From the NCBI RefSeq assembly GCF_009914755.1, contig NC_060928.1: DNA of 64,000 nt; one strand, given 5' to 3'. Source of the DNA: the human T2T-CHM13v2.0 reference genome, Homo sapiens. This document shows positions 61,197-64,000 of the stretch, piece by piece. The notes beneath the pieces were generated by a model, which saw nothing but the letters and a program-made list of their open reading frames with translations, did no database searches and was not told where the DNA came from. How positions within the stretch are numbered: the stretch's first letter is position 1; each line of letters starts with the position of its first letter. The translations under genes were made by a program, and so were the position numbers.

Positions 61197-62049
61197 CTCC
61201 ATTAGTCTTTTTGAATGTTATCCTTTTATTTTTGTTAAGAATACAATATCTCTTAAAAAAAGTCTCCGAGGATATTAATCATATTTCTTTTGAACATGTA
61301 CTTATCCCCCTGCCTCTACTTTGCTTTCTCTGGGTTCTCTTTTCAATGTTAGGGTCTTTTCTCCCACATGGGAGGAGGGGCCAGGAATTCCAGGCTTTAC
61401 TTTTTTTTTTTTTTTTTTTTTTTTCGGAATAGAAATTCAGTGAGACCTATTATCATCTCCACCTGCTGTCTCACCTTCAGTGGCACCTGAGGCCTCACTC
61501 CTGACTGAACTCATACAGCCTCAGGGCTTGTTTCTTGGCTTCTCCTCCCAGAAGCACTTATCTTTTTCTTATCTGATCCACCTGCTCTCCAGGTTCTAAA
61601 ACTATCCTTTTCTTTGCTCTCATTTCTCACCAATCCCATTTCTTTTGTCCTTATACATTAATGCTGTAAACTCTTAAATTACTGCCATTTTGACACGGCA
61701 TGGAAGTAAGCATGTTCAAGCTGTGTGATTTACCTTGGAATTTCTGTAATAATGCTTAATTCCTAATTATTGCAAGTATATAGAAAGTGTTTTGATTCTG
61801 TGTATGATATTTTATAGCCAAAAACTTCATGAAATTCTCTAAAAATAATTATCATTTCCTAGGTAGATGATCATTTTTCTCTTTTATAAATTTGAAAACA
61901 AATTTTCTTCATTCACTAGTGCTTATAAAATTATTTATAAAAAATTTTAGCTGTTTATTTTTTCTTGTCTCACTTTATTGGCTAGTATTTTAAATTCATT
62001 TAAAAATAATTTTAGTTAATTTCTTTGATTTTTCTAAGTAATAATTTGG

Positions 62050-62440
62050 TGATATAGTTTGGCTGTGTCCCTAACCAAAATATCTTGCATCGTAATCCCC
62101 TTAATCCCCATAATCTCCACGTGTGAAGGGGTCAAGGGAGAGACCAGGTGGAGGTAATTGAATCATGGGGGCATTTCCTCTAGGCTGTTTTCAGGATAGT
62201 GAGTGAGTTTTCAGGAGACGTGATGGTTTTATAAGGGTTTGGTAGTTCCTCCTGCGTTCATTCTCCCTCCTGCAGACTCTTGAAGAAAGTGCTTTGCTTT
62301 CCCTTCGACTTCTGCCATGATTGTGAATGTCCTGAGGTCTCCCCAGCAGTGCAGAACTGTGAGTCAATTAAACCTCTTTCCCTTCGAAATTATCCAGTCT
62401 TAGGCAGTTCTTTATAGCAGTGTGAAAACAGACCAATACA
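62050..62440 (+). mobile_element. Solo MaLR LTR, THE1C/D-like
   Basis: tgatatagtttggctgtgtccc...gcagtgtgaaaacagaccaataca; TSD tttgg/tttag (4 of 5 match). Confidence 0.87.
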
Positions 62441-62746
62441 TTTAGTTTTTCCTTTCTAAACCTGAAATATATTTTTGTCTTACTCCATTATCACTTTCAG
62501 AAATATTAAATCAAACCGTCAGCATTCTTTTAGTATTCCTTAATGATATAGCCATTAATTTTTTCCACATACAGTTTGATTGTTGTTTTTACATAAATAT
62601 CCTTTATTGTGTTAACAAAATATTCTATCCTTCATTGAATTGTGCTTTTTCTAAAGTTATAAATGAATATTAACTTTTTTATAATCCCATTTTGGTATTT
62701 ATTGTTTTATTCATGTGTGTGTTCTTATTTATTCTGTAAAAACTTA

Positions 62747-62809
62747 CTAGGTTGGCACAAAAGTAATTGTGGCAATGGCAAAAACTGCAATTACTTTGCA
62801 CCAACAGAA
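62747..62809. mobile_element. MADE1 mariner MITE with internal deletion
   Basis: taggttggcacaaaagtaattgtgg...aatggcaaaaactgcaattactttgcaccaac; inverted arms; TA flanks. Confidence 0.88.
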
Positions 62810-63816
62810 TACATTCCTAATTGATGCCATTTTCCAGTAATATTTGTTTCTCTATTTCTTTTATAGTTAACCTTTCTAGATTACTTTGTTAAGGTACATG
62901 GATATTGCTATTTTTATTGCATGGATTTTTAAGATATTAGTAGGGAGCTTAAATTTTTTAGTAAATTCTTAGCTTACCACCTTGAGCTTTGCATTGCTTT
63001 CTCAGAAATAAAACTTTAAAATTACCTTACAGGGTTTTCTTTTCTTTTGGTTCTCTCAGCCCCAATGTATCTCTTGAATTTTATGATATGAATAGTCCCT
63101 TGTCGATTTTCCAGTGTCAGCCTCTTGTATCTTATTTATAACTCATTTTATCATTATCAGAATTCTGGAACCATTGAGAATATTACTTGTGTTTAAGTTT
63201 TGGGCATAAAGTCTTCTTTTATCTATTTCTAAATATTTGCCTTAAAACCTTTATAAGAATATTAAAAATGTATATACATTTTGAAAGAAGTTAAAAATTA
63301 TGGATTTAAGAAGTAGTCATAGAAAACTTGAGAAATGTAATAATTATATATTTCATAGGAAAGTGGAAAATGGCAGATGATGATATTCATCTAATATCAA
63401 CATTCTGATAAATATACTCAAATTTGCATTGACTTTCAGGATAACAGGTCGACAAAAATATCTACATTATTTATACCATCTGTAGTTCTATAGCACGTTT
63501 TTCATATTCTCCTTAGTTCTATCTATAACATTATAAAGGTATTATCAGGAAATAAAACTGTTATTATGTTTTATAAATATCATTCCTTTCTAGTAAAGAC
63601 ATATCCTAGTACTCTCTTATCCGAAAGGGATTATTTTCATTGAAGATAAATTATGGCTGGATTAAAGATTTTTAAAACTATGTTATAGCTGATTTGCTAC
63701 CATTTCTTACATGGAGGAGCCACCTGCTTGAGGGAGGACATGGTGAATAATAGCAGAAAATTAGAGAATATTGCAGTTTTGTTTAAAAACTTAATTTTCT
63801 TTTTCCTTCTAAATAG

Positions 63817-63988
63817 AAGGAATGACTACTGAGCAACTATATAGTATTTTCTATGTTGTTATTCTTTCAAAATGGATTAGTCGTCAGAGAAATGTAAAAG
63901 ATATTCATCAGACTTAGGTACATATTTCTACTAGACATGTTCCTGCTAGATGAAGACATAGTTAACTATCCGTTGATGAACAGAAATG
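63817..63988 (+). other. Candidate exon (172 nt, or 169 nt with the alternative NAGNAG acceptor)
   Basis: Long pyrimidine tract ttaattttctttttccttctaaatag|aag and donor atg|gtaagc; no frame is open throughout. Confidence 0.4.
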
Positions 63989-64000
63989 GTAAGCAAATAA

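Overview
This is primate, almost certainly human, nuclear genomic DNA. It is AT-rich and looks intronic or intergenic, with more than half made of recognisable interspersed repeats. I found no recognisable host protein-coding gene, rRNA/tRNA, CRISPR array or prokaryotic system, and nearly all listed ORFs are Alu, L1 or LTR by-products. The main element is a full-length ~6.0-kb L1PA3/L1PA2-type LINE-1 on the minus strand (2384-8410). Its ORF1 and ORF2 are dead, but it keeps a CpG-rich 5'UTR, lacks the 129-bp ZNF93-site segment, and has an open antisense ORF0 pointing at candidate + strand exons. Also present: a head-to-head L1PA6-like / L1PA14-like composite (50567-58019), about 20 Alus (three Alu-in-Alu insertions), solo LTRs (LTR40, THE1, MER52, MER4-group, LTR33, MST, MLT1) and DNA-transposon relics (MER47, MER102, MER33, MER2 interrupted by MER1B, Tigger3, MADE1). 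A few unique segments have splice-site-bounded exon-like structure on the + strand. I found no convincing previously undescribed biological system; the findings are retrotransposon rearrangements and testable transcript hypotheses. Subfamily names come from recalled consensus motifs rather than a database search, and boundaries of old repeats are approximate.
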